NCBI GenBank assembly: GCA_964016885.1
Contig: OZ024741.1
Location: 189,348,001 to 189,412,000 of the forward strand
From: Eledone cirrhosa
Lineage: Eukaryota
Reading direction: 5' to 3'
Length of the DNA stretch: 64,000 nucleotides
Part shown: in pieces, positions 13,925 through 26,916 of the stretch
Position numbering within the stretch: the stretch's first letter is position 1
How the letters are laid out: each line of letters begins with the position of its first letter
Position numbers and translations under genes: made by a program
The notes under the pieces: generated by a model
Seen by the model: the letters and a program-made list of their open reading frames with translations, nothing else
Database searches by the model: none
Told to the model about the DNA's origin: nothing

Positions 13925-14165
13925 TAAATATAATCTGAGTTTTTCGAATATTAATAATAACATTCGATTCGTTTGCAATTATGCAAACAAGCTTCAATTT
14001 TATAGCCATGTCAGTAGAATGAACCCTTCATTTCACATGCCAACCCAAGAGAAAGAATGAATAGTTCATTCTACTGACATGGCTATAAAATTGAGGCTTG
14101 TTTGCATAATTGCAAACGAATCGAATGTTATTATTAATATTCAAAAAAACTCAGATTACATTTAT
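13925..14165. repeat. ~100-bp-arm palindrome between (TA)n tracts
   Basis: 13925-14024 pairs with 14064-14165; each arm holds two small hairpins. Confidence 0.9.
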
Positions 14166-14172
14166 ATATATA

Positions 14173-15174
14173 TCATCATCATCATCATCATCAACGTTTA
14201 ACGTCCGTGTTCCACGCTTGCATGGGTTTGGACGGGGGTAGTCCCACTTGAGGCAAGAGTGATTGTCTTGCTCGCATAGGACTGTCTGGCAGGTTTTCTA
14301 CAGTTGGATGCCCTTCCTAACACCAACCACATTTACAGTGTGGGTCTGGGAGGTTTTTACCGTGTTGCCTACACGGCCACATTACAGCGTGGACTGTGTG
14401 TTTTTTTGTCGTGACACCTACACGATCTCATTTGTTTCGGCCTCGATGGCGCGGCACCATCATAACTTTACATAGAACGGGGTGGTGTGGATCGGGTGGG
14501 GGTGGGGGTGGTGGGACGGGGTGTATTTTGTTAGAGATGCCTACTGGCTGGAGTAGGTTTTACTATATATTTAGGTAAGGTGGGTCTTCTCTGTTACTGA
14601 GTACCGCCAAAGGTCTCGGTCCAGTGACATTGTCTTGGAGAGGTGTAAGTGTGTGATGTCGGAGTTTATCAGCTCGTCCCAGGTTTTTCTAGGTCTGCCT
14701 ATTCCGTGACTACCGTCTATCTTTATTGCCCTGCACTTTGTTATACAGCTATCGACTTTCATGCGCATCACGTGTCCATACCAACGTAGCCTTCTCTCGA
14801 GTAAACAACATCTGATCCCTCTTATCTCTAATTTATTCCTTAGTTCGTTTATGCTTTGCCGTTCACGTATATTACTGTTACACATCCAGCGGAGCATGCA
14901 AGCTTCGTTCCTCTCTAGTCTGCGTATATCCTCTGCACACAATGCCCAGGTCTCACTGCCATGCAGCATTGCTGTTCGTATGCAGGCATCGTACAACCTG
15001 CCTTTCATTTTTAGTGAGAACCCTTTAGCAGCTAATAGTGGTATAAGCTCTCTGAACTTTTTCCAACCAGTTCTGACTCTAGCTACAGTACTTTCAGAGC
15101 ACCCTCCCCCACTGCTGATTTTATCGCCCAGGTAACGGAAGCTGTCCACTATTTCTATAGAACCCTCTGCGCAA
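14173..15174 (-). mobile_element. RTE LINE 3' 1 kb (subfamily 1)
   Basis: Nearly identical to the reverse complement of 47517-48519; (TA)n on both sides. Confidence 0.95.
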
Positions 15175-15248
<74 letters not shown>

Positions 15249-16102
15249 GTCGGAGGCCGTATTCAGTTAATTCAGGTTTACTTAAAACTCCATTATACAT
15301 ATTTCACTGAGGATTATTTGTTTAGATAGCCTGAGCTTCATCATCATCATCATCATTTTACATCCGCTTTTCCCTGCTTGCAAGGGTGGGACGGGAACTG
15401 ATTCTGGCTTGATTTCTACAGCCGGATGCCCTTCCTAACACCAACCTCATTTACGGTGAGTGCTGGGTGCTTTTTTGCCGTGTCACCTCCACGACCACTT
15501 TGCAGTGGAATGATAGGGACCCCAGTCCCTATCATCTCATTTCTACAGCTGAGTAAACTGGAGCGATGGGAAATAAAGTGTCTTGCTCAAGGAAACAACA
15601 CATCACCCGGTCTGAGAATTAAACACACAACCTTTCGATTGCAAGGCCAATGCTCTAACCACTAAGTCATATGCCTTCATATATATATATATATGTGTGT
15701 ATATATATGTATACATATATGTATATATATATCTCATCATCAACATCATCTTCGTTTAACGTCCATGCTAGCATGGGTTAGACGGGAGTTGTCCCACTTG
15801 AGGTAAGATTGATCGGGTGACCGTGTCTCGCTCATATAAGACTATCTGGCAGCTTTTCTATGGCTGGATGCCCTTCCTAACACCAACCACATTTACAGTG
15901 TGGAAATGGGAACTTTTTACCGTGTTACCTACACGGCACATTACAGCGTGGACTGTGTGTTTTTTTTTGTCATGACACCTACATGATCTCGATCTCATTA
16001 TCTCATTATATATATATATATAAATATATTAAATGAAGTATTTCCGTAGGAAAGGTAAAGGAAAAGAGAGTGCTCTATGTAAGCTACAGAGCTTTTTAGT
16101 TT

Positions 16103-16280
16103 TGTAATAAACAACATAAGATAATTATTTCATTTACCAATGGTTTCTTGAAGACAGATACTTATGTCTGTCTTCATTCATCAGAAAAAATATTTCTTCT
16201 GAGGAATGAAGACAGACATAAGTATATGTCTTCAAGAAACCATTGGTAAATGAAATAATTATCTTATGTTGTTTATTACA
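16103..16280. ncRNA. Head-to-head pair of hammerhead ribozymes in a palindrome
   Basis: + strand 16191-16257: tatttctt-CTGAGGA-a-TGAAGACA..TGTCTTCA-a-GAAAC-CATTG-GTA-aatgaaata. The minus-strand copy 16126-16192 has CTGATGA. Confidence 0.8.
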
Positions 16281-16298
16281 TAACTATATATATATATA

Positions 16299-17011
16299 TC
16301 ATCATCATCATCATCATCTTCGTTTAACGTCCACTTTCCACACTAGCATTGGTTAGACGGGAGTTGTCCCACTTGAGGCAAGGTTGGTCAGGTGACCGTG
16401 TCCACTCATATAGGATATCTGGCAAGTTTTCTACAGCTGGATGCCCTTCCTAACACCAACCACATTTACAGTGTGGAACTGGGAACTTTTTACCATGTTA
16501 CCTACACGGCCACATTACAGCGTGGACTGTGTGTTTTTTTCTCGTGACACCTACACGATCTTGATCTCAATCTCATTTATCTCATTTATTTGGACTGGAT
16601 GTTGTGGTACCAACTTTATAGAGAGAGGGTGGTATTGGTGGGAGTGGGGGGATAGGGTAGAGGTAGTGGTTTGGGGTGTATATTTGGTTAAGAGGTGCCT
16701 ACTGACTGTAGGTTTTGCTTTGTACATAAGCAAGGCGGGTCTTCTGTATTACTGCATAGCGGCAAAGGTCTCGGTCCAGTGACATTGTCTTAGAGAGGTG
16801 CAAGTGTGCAAGGTCGGAATTTATCAAATTGTCTCAGGTTTTTCTGGGTCTACCTACTCCATAACTTCCATCAATTTTGATCACCCTGCACTTTTTTATA
16901 CAGCTGTCGTCTTTCATGCGCATCACGTGGCCATACCAACGTAGTCTTCTCTCGAGTAAACAGCATCTGATCCCTCTTATTCCTAATTTCTCATTTAGTT
17001 CATGTATGCTT
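16299..17011 (-). mobile_element. RTE LINE 3' fragment (more diverged)
   Basis: (CAT)n tail, 3' UTR and C-terminal RRLRWYGHVMRM region; a shorter UTR-only copy lies at 15735-16010. Confidence 0.9.
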
Positions 17012-17209
17012 CGTTCCTTTCCATTTACACCAACACATCACCTATCATCACACATCAGGCTAAATAATTTCTTTAATTTCTTTAGTCAAAATACGGCGAT
17101 AGCTTACATTTCTAATAATTTCAAATCAACTCGCTGTTTCGAAAATATTCTTACTTGACATTACAGTCGCTAAGTTTATAGCTTCTAATTTGAATGGAAA
17201 AAGATGGGT

Positions 17210-17281
17210 GATGTGTTGGTGTAAATGGTAGCACAGTGGTCCGGATAACCAAAGATGTGGGTTCGACTCCCATGTACGTCA
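17210..17281 (+). other. tRNA-like cloverleaf with non-canonical anticodon loop inside a repeat element
   Basis: Acceptor GATGTGT/GTACGTC, D arm GTGT-AAATGGTA-GCAC, anticodon arm GTGGT-CCGGATA-ACCAA, T arm GTGGG-TTCGACT-CCCAT; 72 nt; lacks U33 and purine 37. Confidence 0.75.
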
Positions 17282-17429
17282 ATACTCATCTTTTTCCATT
17301 TCTCCGAGGGTTCTTAGCCCCACTATCAGGCTAAATAATTTCTTTAATTTCTTTAGTCAAAATACGGCGATAACTTACATTTCTAATAATTTCAAACCCA
17401 CTTGCTGTTTCGAAAATATTCTTACTTGA

Positions 17430-17475
<46 letters not shown>

Positions 17476-17784
17476 TCCTCCCTCCTCTCTTTCTCTCACC
17501 ATTCTTCACTGCCTTTGCTTTATCATAAAAAATATCTTACTAAAATAACTTAACCAATTTACATAAATTCTATATTAAATTCTTCAATCTGAAGCAGAAT
17601 CTTGTCATTTCAAATATTCAGGTTGTCTTTATTGTTTTCTTTTATTGTTTTTTGGGGGTTTTTTTTGTTAACTTATTTCCGTATTCAGTTTTAATATTCA
17701 TCTGAATAAAAGAGAAAAATGCCTGCATTTATATCACATGGTTTACTGCAACCACACAACATTGCTGAAGTTTATTAATGTTAC

Positions 17785-18300
17785 ATCATACTGTGGTATA
17801 GTGATGTTACACCTCACTGGTATATTGGTGTTACATCATAGAGTGGTATATTGATATTACACCTCACTGTGGTATATTGATGTCACACCACACTGTGGTA
17901 TACTGATGTGACACCACACTGTGGTATATTGATGTCACACCACACACGTATATTGGTGTCACATCACACTGTGGTATATTGTTGTTACACCTCACACTGG
18001 TATATTGGTGTCACATCACACTAGTGTATTGGTGTTACACAACACTGTGGTATATTGGTGTCACACCACACTGTGGTATATTGGTATTACACTACAATGT
18101 GGTATATTAGTGTTACACCACATTCTGGTATATTAGTGTTATACCACACTCTGGTATATTGGTGTTACACCACAATGTGGTACATTGGTGTTACACCACA
18201 CTGGTATATTGGTGTCATGTAATGCATCTGGTATATTAGTGTCATGTGACACAAAGTGGTATGTTGGTGTTACATATCACACTGTGGTATATTGGTGTCA
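17785..18300. repeat. ~26-bp minisatellite
   Basis: About 20 diverged units of cactgtggtatattggtgtcacacca. Confidence 0.9.
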
Positions 18301-19130
18301 TGCGACATCTCATGATAAAACACATCCAGTACACTCTGTAAAATGGTTGGTGTTATGAATGGCTTCCAGCCATAATAAACATGTAAAATAAAGGTTGAGT
18401 GGATTCTTCAATTGTGTCTAGGACACAAAATCCTCTCTAGTATTGGTAACACATAAAAATTACCCAGTACACTCTGTAGAGCGGTTGCTGAGATGAAAGT
18501 TATCCCACTGTAGAAAACTTACTAATCATAACATCAAGAGGACGCTTCAGTTGCATCAGAGACATTACAACCTCCCTAGTATTAGTGCCAGGATAAAACA
18601 CACCCAGTATACTCAGCACATGGGAACAAATGTAAGGAAGATGCACCCTCCTCACCTACCTGAGAGGTTAGTGGCTCTTGCTAAATACTGACTTTGTCTG
18701 TGACAATCCATCCAGCCCTTGCTAGCAGGGAAAATGAGTGTTTAAATGATTATACTGTAGTTTAATATACTGTAGTTCTACTTGACACAGTATTTTAATG
18801 GACAATAATTTTGTAGTTTACTTGTGTGACACAAGAACACAGCTGCGGTATGCTGGGGCTACATGACAAGAACATTGTGGCTTACTGGGGCCAAACTATA
18901 AAATGTCTATCCATGTCTAAGATTTTAACAATTCCTTATAGAATTTACATGTGTGTGCTTATATATGTTAGTTACAACAGTGGTTGCCAACCTTTCTAAA
19001 ACCGAGGAACCCTCTAAATATTTTGAATTCTTCACAGAACCTATACAATACAAAACTTTTCAAAAAAAAATAATAAAGTATTTATTTATTTTAGTGTTTC
19101 ATGCGTGTGTATGTAATCGAACACAATTAA

Positions 19131-21023
19131 CTAGTGGCTTTTCTGCTGCAGCCCCTCATCAGTGAGTTTAGAAAATCGAGGTTCAACACTAGTTAATGCC
19201 AGTCTCATACACTCGTCAATTGCTGACAGTTTATTCATCTTCTTTGTGCAGATTTCTACCAACTGCGAAAACCCTTCGCACAAGTAGCTAGATAGGAATA
19301 AAGTCAAATACTTCAATGCAAGTTGGCTGATTTCATTAAACTACCCAATCAAGAATAAGTCGATCCATAGTTCTTTCTTTCTACTTTCGAATATCACTTT
19401 CAGGTCTTCGTTTGAATTCAAATCCATCAACTGATGTAAGCATTGTGCAGGTAGTAAATTTTTACAATTTCCAGCGTCATTTTCTGACACTAACTGCTCG
19501 ATTTCGGTGAACGGGTTTTTATCCATAAATTTCCGCTAACAATATCTTTTTCCATCAAGTCAAAATAATCTGAAAAACTTGTGGAAAGCACATTTAAATG
19601 AGAAAGAATAATCTTCTTTAGATTGCTGGAGTAAAAATCTTCTCTCTTTTTAAGCTCTATTTCAAGGTTTGAAAGTAATGAGTAATTGTCCGATTCAATT
19701 CTTTTTATAAAGATGTTTAATTTTGATTGAAAATATGTAATAAAATTGATTGAAGTAAAAATATCTGCATTGTTACCCTGAAGACACTTATTTAGTTTGT
19801 TGAGTTCACCAAAAATGTCTACTAAATAAGCGAGTTGCACATTCCATTCATTGGTTTCTAATACACTTGCTCTTTCATCATTCTGTTTTTTTAGAAAAAC
19901 TATTATTTCTTCTCTCAGTTCAAAAACTCTCTTCATAGCATCCCCAAATGACAGCCAACGCACATCGTTGTTCAATAACAATCTATTATAATTACTTCCA
20001 GAAGATTCACAAATAGATTCAAACATTCTAGAATTTTTTGCTCTTGCATGGATCAAATTGATAATTTTGACAATGTCTTTCAGCTGGTCATTTAATATTT
20101 GAGCATCTCTGTCTTTGAATTTTTTTTAACACAAAACCTCTCAATGAATCATACAATGATTTGAAATACAATTTGGGGCCTGTTCTTTAATTTTTGCAAT
20201 CAAACCAGAATTTTTACCAGTCATTGCAGCTGCTCCATCTGTTGTTATTGAAGTCAACTTGCTCCAAGATACACCATTTTTTAAAAAATACTCTTCAATT
20301 TTATTGAATATATCTTGACCTTTAGTTGTGATGTCTAATACCAGACAAAACAAACTCTAATACTAATTCTTTTTTATCAAGGTCTACAAACCGTACATAG
20401 CAAATTAATTGAGCCTTGTTATTAATATCCGTAGTTTCGTCCACTTGCAGACCAAAACATGTGCTTTTCTTTAGTGCAGTTAGTATCTGATTTTCTATAT
20501 CAGAAGAAATATCAATTATCCTTCTTTTTACGGTATTTGCTGACAATGGTAACCGGCTTAATTTTTCTTTGTCCTTAATACTGCAGCTTTCAAAAAGATT
20601 CTCTGTAGCAATTTTTATACTTGGCAGAATTAACTGTTCTCCTAATGTAAATGGTTTCTTGTTTTTACCAATCAAATGTGAAATTTCAAAAGATGTTCTT
20701 GTTAAAGCTTTATTTCTATCTGACTTTTTACAAAACAAGTCATACATATTAGCTTGTGATTTTTTGATGTTGTTTTTCAGCGAAGTAAAGTATTCCAGTG
20801 ACTTGCTTTTATCATTGGTGTGATTAGTATCAAGGTGTCTTTTAAGTTTTGCAGGATTTAAACAGCTATTTGATAGAGCTTTTGAACATAGCAAACACAT
20901 GGGCTGATCTGGTGTATCTTTTTTAGTGTCAGCTTTTTGAAATCCATATCTAACATAATTATCACACCACTGTCTAACCTTACTGCTGGTATCTAACTTC
21001 AGCTTCTTTGCAGTAGACATCAT
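19131..21023 (-). pseudogene. Frameshifted Buster/ZBED5-SCAND3-like transposase
   Basis: Consecutive ORF pieces: BED finger (CLLC...HLDTNH), VDETTD, TTDGA, HCMIH, VRWLS, YLCEGFS, DECMRLAL. Confidence 0.92.
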
Positions 21024-21487
21024 ATCAAGGTTATTTATCTACAGTTAACATTTTTAATATGACATTAATAAACAAGAGAAATTAAGTTTTTTTTATTACA
21101 GAAAGTACTTAAATTAACTTTAATTTTAGATATTTGGAAAAACTTAACTAGTTAAAAAAAATTTTTAATTTTTAAAAATTGAAATTTCTCCATTTTAGGA
21201 TGGCAAACATATTATTTAAAGTCTTATAATAATATTAAAATATTAGGGGTTACTGAAAAAGGTGCAAATTTATAAACAACTAGAAGAAATCTTTTTCAGA
21301 GTCCAGCACTTCCTGCAAATACTACTTTAGGGTCGTATTAAATATTATTGGTAATGTAAATATATTTAAATATCTGCCAAAAGGTGCAAAAAAATGCAAA
21401 TCAGCTGATAGTGTAGAAGATGTGACGATGGTATTGGAAATTAATTCAGATATCTTCTATCTATTTTGACTCAAAGTTAGATATAAT

Positions 21488-21581
21488 TGTTTCTACTTTA
21501 GGCACAAGGCCAGCAAATACCCATTGCATTACTGGTACTTTATTTTATCAACCCCGTAAGGATGAAAGGCAAAGTCAACCT
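21488..21581 (-). mobile_element. 5'-truncated Meta/MESC SINE nested in the hAT element
   Basis: 17-bp direct repeat tcaaagttagatataat at 21471-21487 and 21582-21598. Confidence 0.9.
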
Positions 21582-23539
21582 TCAAAGTTAGATATAATAT
21601 AAGAAGGCTTTAGGCTGCGTTAAACATATATTAGATTGGAACAAATAAAGTTTAGTCAAATGTTTGTGGACATATATATTTATTGTATAAAGTAATTTCT
21701 CAATTGTGAATGCAGATGTCATCAAATGAATACATAATTGTGTGGCAAAGTTTATAGTGTTTGCATGGAATACAAAATTACCTTTGTTAGTAGTCGAAAC
21801 TTTACAGGCGTTATATTTTCTGTGCAAAGTACAGCAGAATGTAACGTGTTCTTATTTAGAATTGTCTGTAGAACTGATGCATGTTGAAAACGACTAGTAA
21901 GCGAGTTCACTCTGTGAGGAAACTTTAGGCGACTTTAAAGCTTTTGTGAGGACAGCAGATTAAAACGTGTTCTCTATTGAAAACAGTCTACTGAACTTAC
22001 GTTGTGAGAACAGCGAACTGACCCTGTCTCTCGGTTGAGAGACCTTGCTGAACTGAAGTTTTCAGTTTAAAGTTATGCTGTTATCGACCAACATTTACTT
22101 GTTCGTGATTGGTCAATTTCTAAGTTTAATTAATGTATTATCTGTAGTAGTCTCGGAATTCAGAAAACTATGTCTTTCCAAGAATTGATGTGAAATTGAA
22201 AGTATTCAATTTTCACGAATCTCAGAACAGTGTTTTTCTGCTAATTCAAGTGAGAAACTGAAAGTAGTGTTTTCCACGAATTGGAGTGGAGAACCTGTGT
22301 ACACTACAATAGTACTCGTTCATTTATACATTGCACCTTTGGCATTTTCTTTGCACCTTTTTCAGAAAACCCAAAATATTAATGGTAATGTAAATATTTA
22401 TTTTTTTAAGGAACCCGGAGTTTGTTTTACGGAACTCCAAGGTTCCGCGGAACCCATGTTGGCGACCACTGAGTTACAACATAGGTGATGATTTGAAAAT
22501 GATTGGAACAAGTGTTTAGAGTAGGCACAACAGCAAGGTTGTAAAGAAGAGAGCAAGAAATGTTTGCATTAAGTGAAACAAGGTGTATGTGGCATGACAT
22601 TTATTAGTTCGGTGATTCAGAGACACAATAACTGATGTAGCTATGGTAGAGGAGAAAAGAAGATTGTGCAGCACATCTGTGAGAGAGATTGGAAGAAGAG
22701 AGAAAGACATTTGGATTTGATGAGCCTGCATGTAGGTGGTATGGCATTTACTGGTTTAGAGAAATAGTAACAGATGCTAGCGTGGAAGATGGACGTTAAA
22801 CAAAGATGATGATGTAATAGTAGTAGAAGATGGAAAAAGAATTCAATATAGCCTGTATATGTGCTTTGCAACTCCGTTGTTCCATATATTTGAGCACTAT
22901 GCTAATATGAGTAACACTTTGGATTTTTTGATAATCTCAATAATTTATCAGGTCTGAAGTATTTTCTAGCCCTCAAGAGAATCTTTTGTTTTTTAATTAC
23001 ATGCATTCATTGACAATAGCCTCATTGAAGAAAGACATGTTCCTTAGTTGTAACCAATAGTTCACTGCATTGTCACTGGGATAATTCTGATTGTAGCTGC
23101 AGAATGTTTGAGTGCAGAAAGTACTCTAATGTGTGAGTCTTTACATAAGGCAGTGAAAGGGTATGTATATGTGTAGTAGTAGTACAAGTATTTGTACAAC
23201 AATGTTTTTCATTCTATGGTGGCAGAAAAACTCTAAGTGTTATATCTTGTATATATTTTATAGAGTGTTAGCGTCACAGCAACCTCTGATTTAACAGAAA
23301 ATACCTAAAAACAAATTTATCAATTCAAATGTTTGTAGTATCTTTACAGGTAGACAGATCATTGTGAAAATTTGCAATATTATGGTAAAAGCTTTCATTT
23401 TTAATGTGATGCAGTCATAGTACTGTTAAGAATGTCTTGTTAATTCAGTTTCATGTGGTGCACAATGTTAAAGAGTTAATTGTAACGATCCTGAGTGACA
23501 GCTTTCTTGTCTACTGAATTCAGTTAACTGAATATATAC

Positions 23540-24195
23540 TTTATCAATCATTCATCAAGGACAGATAGGCATACTTCATGATGCTTTGGCTTTGTGTATT
23601 GAAGACAATGGCTCTTCCAACTTTGTGTATTGAAGACAATGGCTCTTTCAACTGGTTTCCAATTTTTTCTCCTACTCCAATACTCAGTGCAGCTTTGTTA
23701 TTTATGGTAAGGATATGCTCTTTCCATACTAGTTTACTGTCCATACTTACACCCAAAATTCAACCTAGGTTTTCATAGGCAAATTATTCTAATTTCTACA
23801 GAGCAGTTCAAAGTTTGATGGCCTTCTTTTATTTGATATAACAATTAATTTCTACTTTGAAGTCTGAAATATCACCTTCTAATTATCACCCAAGTTTTCA
23901 TCTAGTCAAGGTCTCAGTCTAAATTGGATTCTGTAAGGTCATTTTTACCTGCAAGTATTATTGGTACAAACAGTAGTGAGTTGTTAAACAGAAGGGGACC
24001 AAGTATTGAAATTGTTGGACTGATACATTGACATCGATGACAGATCAGGGGATTGATCTGAAAAGATAACTTTGCTGGTTCTCTACTTCAGGTAATTTTG
24101 TAGCCACATAAGCACTTTCTTGTACCTCTCCTCAACACCCAGGTCATTGTGCCACACACTCTGTCGAAGGTTCCATTGTTATCAAGAGCAATGAC
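23540..24195 (-). mobile_element. Old Jockey/CR1-like RT fragment
   Basis: Minus-strand remnants FDRVWH, SILGPLLF, LGVSMDSKLVWKEHI. Confidence 0.6.
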
Positions 24196-26621
24196 ATCAT
24201 CACCATCATTATTTAACATCCATTTTCCATGCTAGCATGGGTTAGACGGGTCATCCCATTTAAGGTAAGTTGGGTCAGGTGACCATAACTTACTCATATA
24301 GGACTGTTTTTGACTAGGTTTCTATGGCTGAATGCCCTTCCTAATGCCCTAGATAACTGTTCTATGTCTGGGAAGAGAATAATGAAACATGCCTGTTATG
24401 TTGTGGGTATGTTATTCGTTAAGAACTGATTTTATTCATCTTGTAATATTGCTGATGATGCTCGGGTGAATAATGGTAGATTAACAGAATCCTTCCCTGC
24501 AGAGGATAAAATGCCCTGTGGTATTTGTTCTGGCTGTTTACATTCTGAGTTGAAATCCAACTGAGGTCAACTTTATATTTCATCCTTCTGTAGTTGATCC
24601 AGAAACTGGATCAATATAATTGACTTGGCCTTTCCCTGAAATTTGAGATCCTGTACTCTGGTAAGAAATTAATGATGTGAGCTGTTAGTTTGTAGTATCT
24701 AGGACTACACTGTCTATAATATCTTTCCTTTCTTAAAGATTGTAGGTTGTGAGTGAATGAGTGAGGTTTGACTGTTTAAGCTAGCAAGTCAAGCAACCAT
24801 GTAGAAGCTCCTTCATTTGGAGGATATTTTTCTAAGTTTCTGTTCATGTAAGCAGTGCATGTGAATGATGTTTGTGTTTAAAGGTTAAGGAAAAGTGAAG
24901 GGCAGTATTATCTATCTCCATGGAAGTGTGTGTTGCTAGAACCGACAGCATTATAAATACTGTTTCCATGGAGACTTCATATAACTCCTTATAAAGTGCC
25001 ATATTATCATCATAAAGTAGTAACTCCCATCAACAGAGATTCCAGTCTTTCAAACTACAGCTCTGTAATTACAGGAGACCAACAATGTTTTATTATCATT
25101 GATAGTTATTTCTCCATTAAAAGAGGCAACTCTCAATCTTTGCTTCCCTGCAAAAGACTTTCAAATACTGTTTTATTGGAAATCTATGATTTAATTTTTT
25201 TTTTTTCTTTTGTCATCTTTTTCCTTATATTTTTCTCTCTTGCTGTTTTACTCATTTTCTTGATTTTTCTTACTTTTTTGCTTGTCTTTGCTGTTTTACA
25301 ACCATTTTCATTCTATTCTTGTGTGAGTGGTGAAGATATTCATTACAGGTGTGGGGGAGAACAATTGTTCTTAGAGTTGGATATTTTCTTCCCTACCCCA
25401 CCCTCTTCTACTCTACATTCAACATATGGTTCTTGTTTTATTTTTTAAGTCTATCCTGATATAATGGAGATAAAACTGAGAGTAGGGGCCTATGTTGTCA
25501 TCACTTTTGTCATGGTACAGGTCCCAACAACAGCATCTGAACTCAGCATGATGAATGTTTATTAATGTTTCTAATGTCAAATGTTATTTATATTAAAATC
25601 TCTTCTCTAGTTGTTGATTTATAATTTGTCCATTTTCTTTGATTAAATTGTCATTGCAAACATTGAAAAATGGGGTTTAATATTTTGCTAGCCATTTCAG
25701 TTTAAATGTGTATTTGCTAGAAATAGCAATCAATCCTTAAATTTTACTGTTTACAAAGAGAATACCAAATATAATCATACTTGTTTATGTTTTCACAAGC
25801 AGGCTTAGAATTCAAAAAACAAACTGAGATACTAATAAATATTTCTCGTTTGTTATGTTCAAAACCACAACTTAATAGCTAGACATTTTAGTTATTTTAA
25901 AGAATCTCTCCAATTTTTCATTTATTTATTTTATTTCAACCCTTTTGATACCAACACGTCCAAAACTACCTAGGATTCTATGAAACAAAACCCATTTTAA
26001 AGGGTTCCCATTCAAATTCAAATTTGTCAACATAATTTGATATAAGAACCTTTTGCTAAATTATATTACAAATACCACCTTAAGAATGAAATAATTAATT
26101 ATTTTAGTAAACTCCTAAAAATTCTTCATTAATTAATTCAAATATAGTATATTTCATTATAAATATAGTAACAAAAAAGTTTAAAATAAACTTAAAGTGA
26201 CTTGCCTGCAACCAAGGGAAGTTTTAAATATTCAGTTTTTCTTGAGTTTATTGTACTAATCAGAGAGTGATAAGTACTTCATAACCACTCTAATGTAGGA
26301 CGTCTTGAGCACTAACACATTCTCCATCTCCAGCCATGCTGCTTCAGCCACAAACCCAGGCACTGCCAACCATAATGCAGAGGAGTGGAAAATATTTAAT
26401 TGCTGGAACTTGACAGACTACTTCCTTTGCGATCAACACCTCCGGAGTCCTCAATCCCTGCAATGCCATTTTCCACTGCAAAATTGGGATGTGTGCATCC
26501 CGCCTGAAGAAGGAGCCCCATTAAGGGAAGTGGTTGGTGTAGCAGGTGTTACTGGCAATTCTCCACAACAATGCTTTTACCATCTTGTCTGTAGGGTGCA
26601 GCTCACATATACCACCTAGAG

Positions 26622-26916
26622 CAGTGATTCCCAACATGGGGCACACACTCCAGGGGGGGGGGGGAATATTTCAAGGTTTCATTTGAAAATGATGCTAATG
26701 AGAACAAACTTCAGGTTTTACCTTCTTACTTTGACACTAAGGTACCTTTTCCTCTACACAGATTTTGTGTGTATCTAGCACCACCTATATACCAATTTGT
26801 TTATACTTTACAGTTGATCATTGCGGTTTTCATATAAATTTATTTGGGGGGAGGGGCAATAACAATTTTTGTGATATTGAGGTGGAGCATGATGCAGAAA
26901 AGGTTGGGAACCACTG
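26622..26916. mobile_element. hAT (Buster/Charlie) MITE
   Basis: TIRs CAGTGATTCCCAAC / GTTGGGAACCACTG; TSD ACCTAGAG / ACCTAGAC. Confidence 0.85.

Larger units (their letters stand above)
18978..22471 (-). mobile_element. Full-length Buster-type hAT transposon
   Basis: TIRs CAGTGGTTGCCAAC / GTTGGCGACCACTG; perfect 8-bp TSD AGTTACAA (nnnTAnnn) at 18970-18977 and 22472-22479. Confidence 0.95.

Noticed and set aside
14085-14130. SECIS-like stem (TGA...stem...CGAA)
   Set aside because: Apical loop too short, no typical AUGA/AAR arrangement and no linked UGA-containing ORF.
17210-17281. Functional tRNA-Ser(GGA) gene
   Set aside because: C33, T37, mismatched anticodon stem, no long variable arm, three G-U pairs in the acceptor stem, and embedded in a repeat.
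17785-18300. CRISPR-like array
   Set aside because: No spacers; ordinary degenerate minisatellite.
24447-24480. CTGATGA hammerhead candidate
   Set aside because: No GAAA and no stems I or III.
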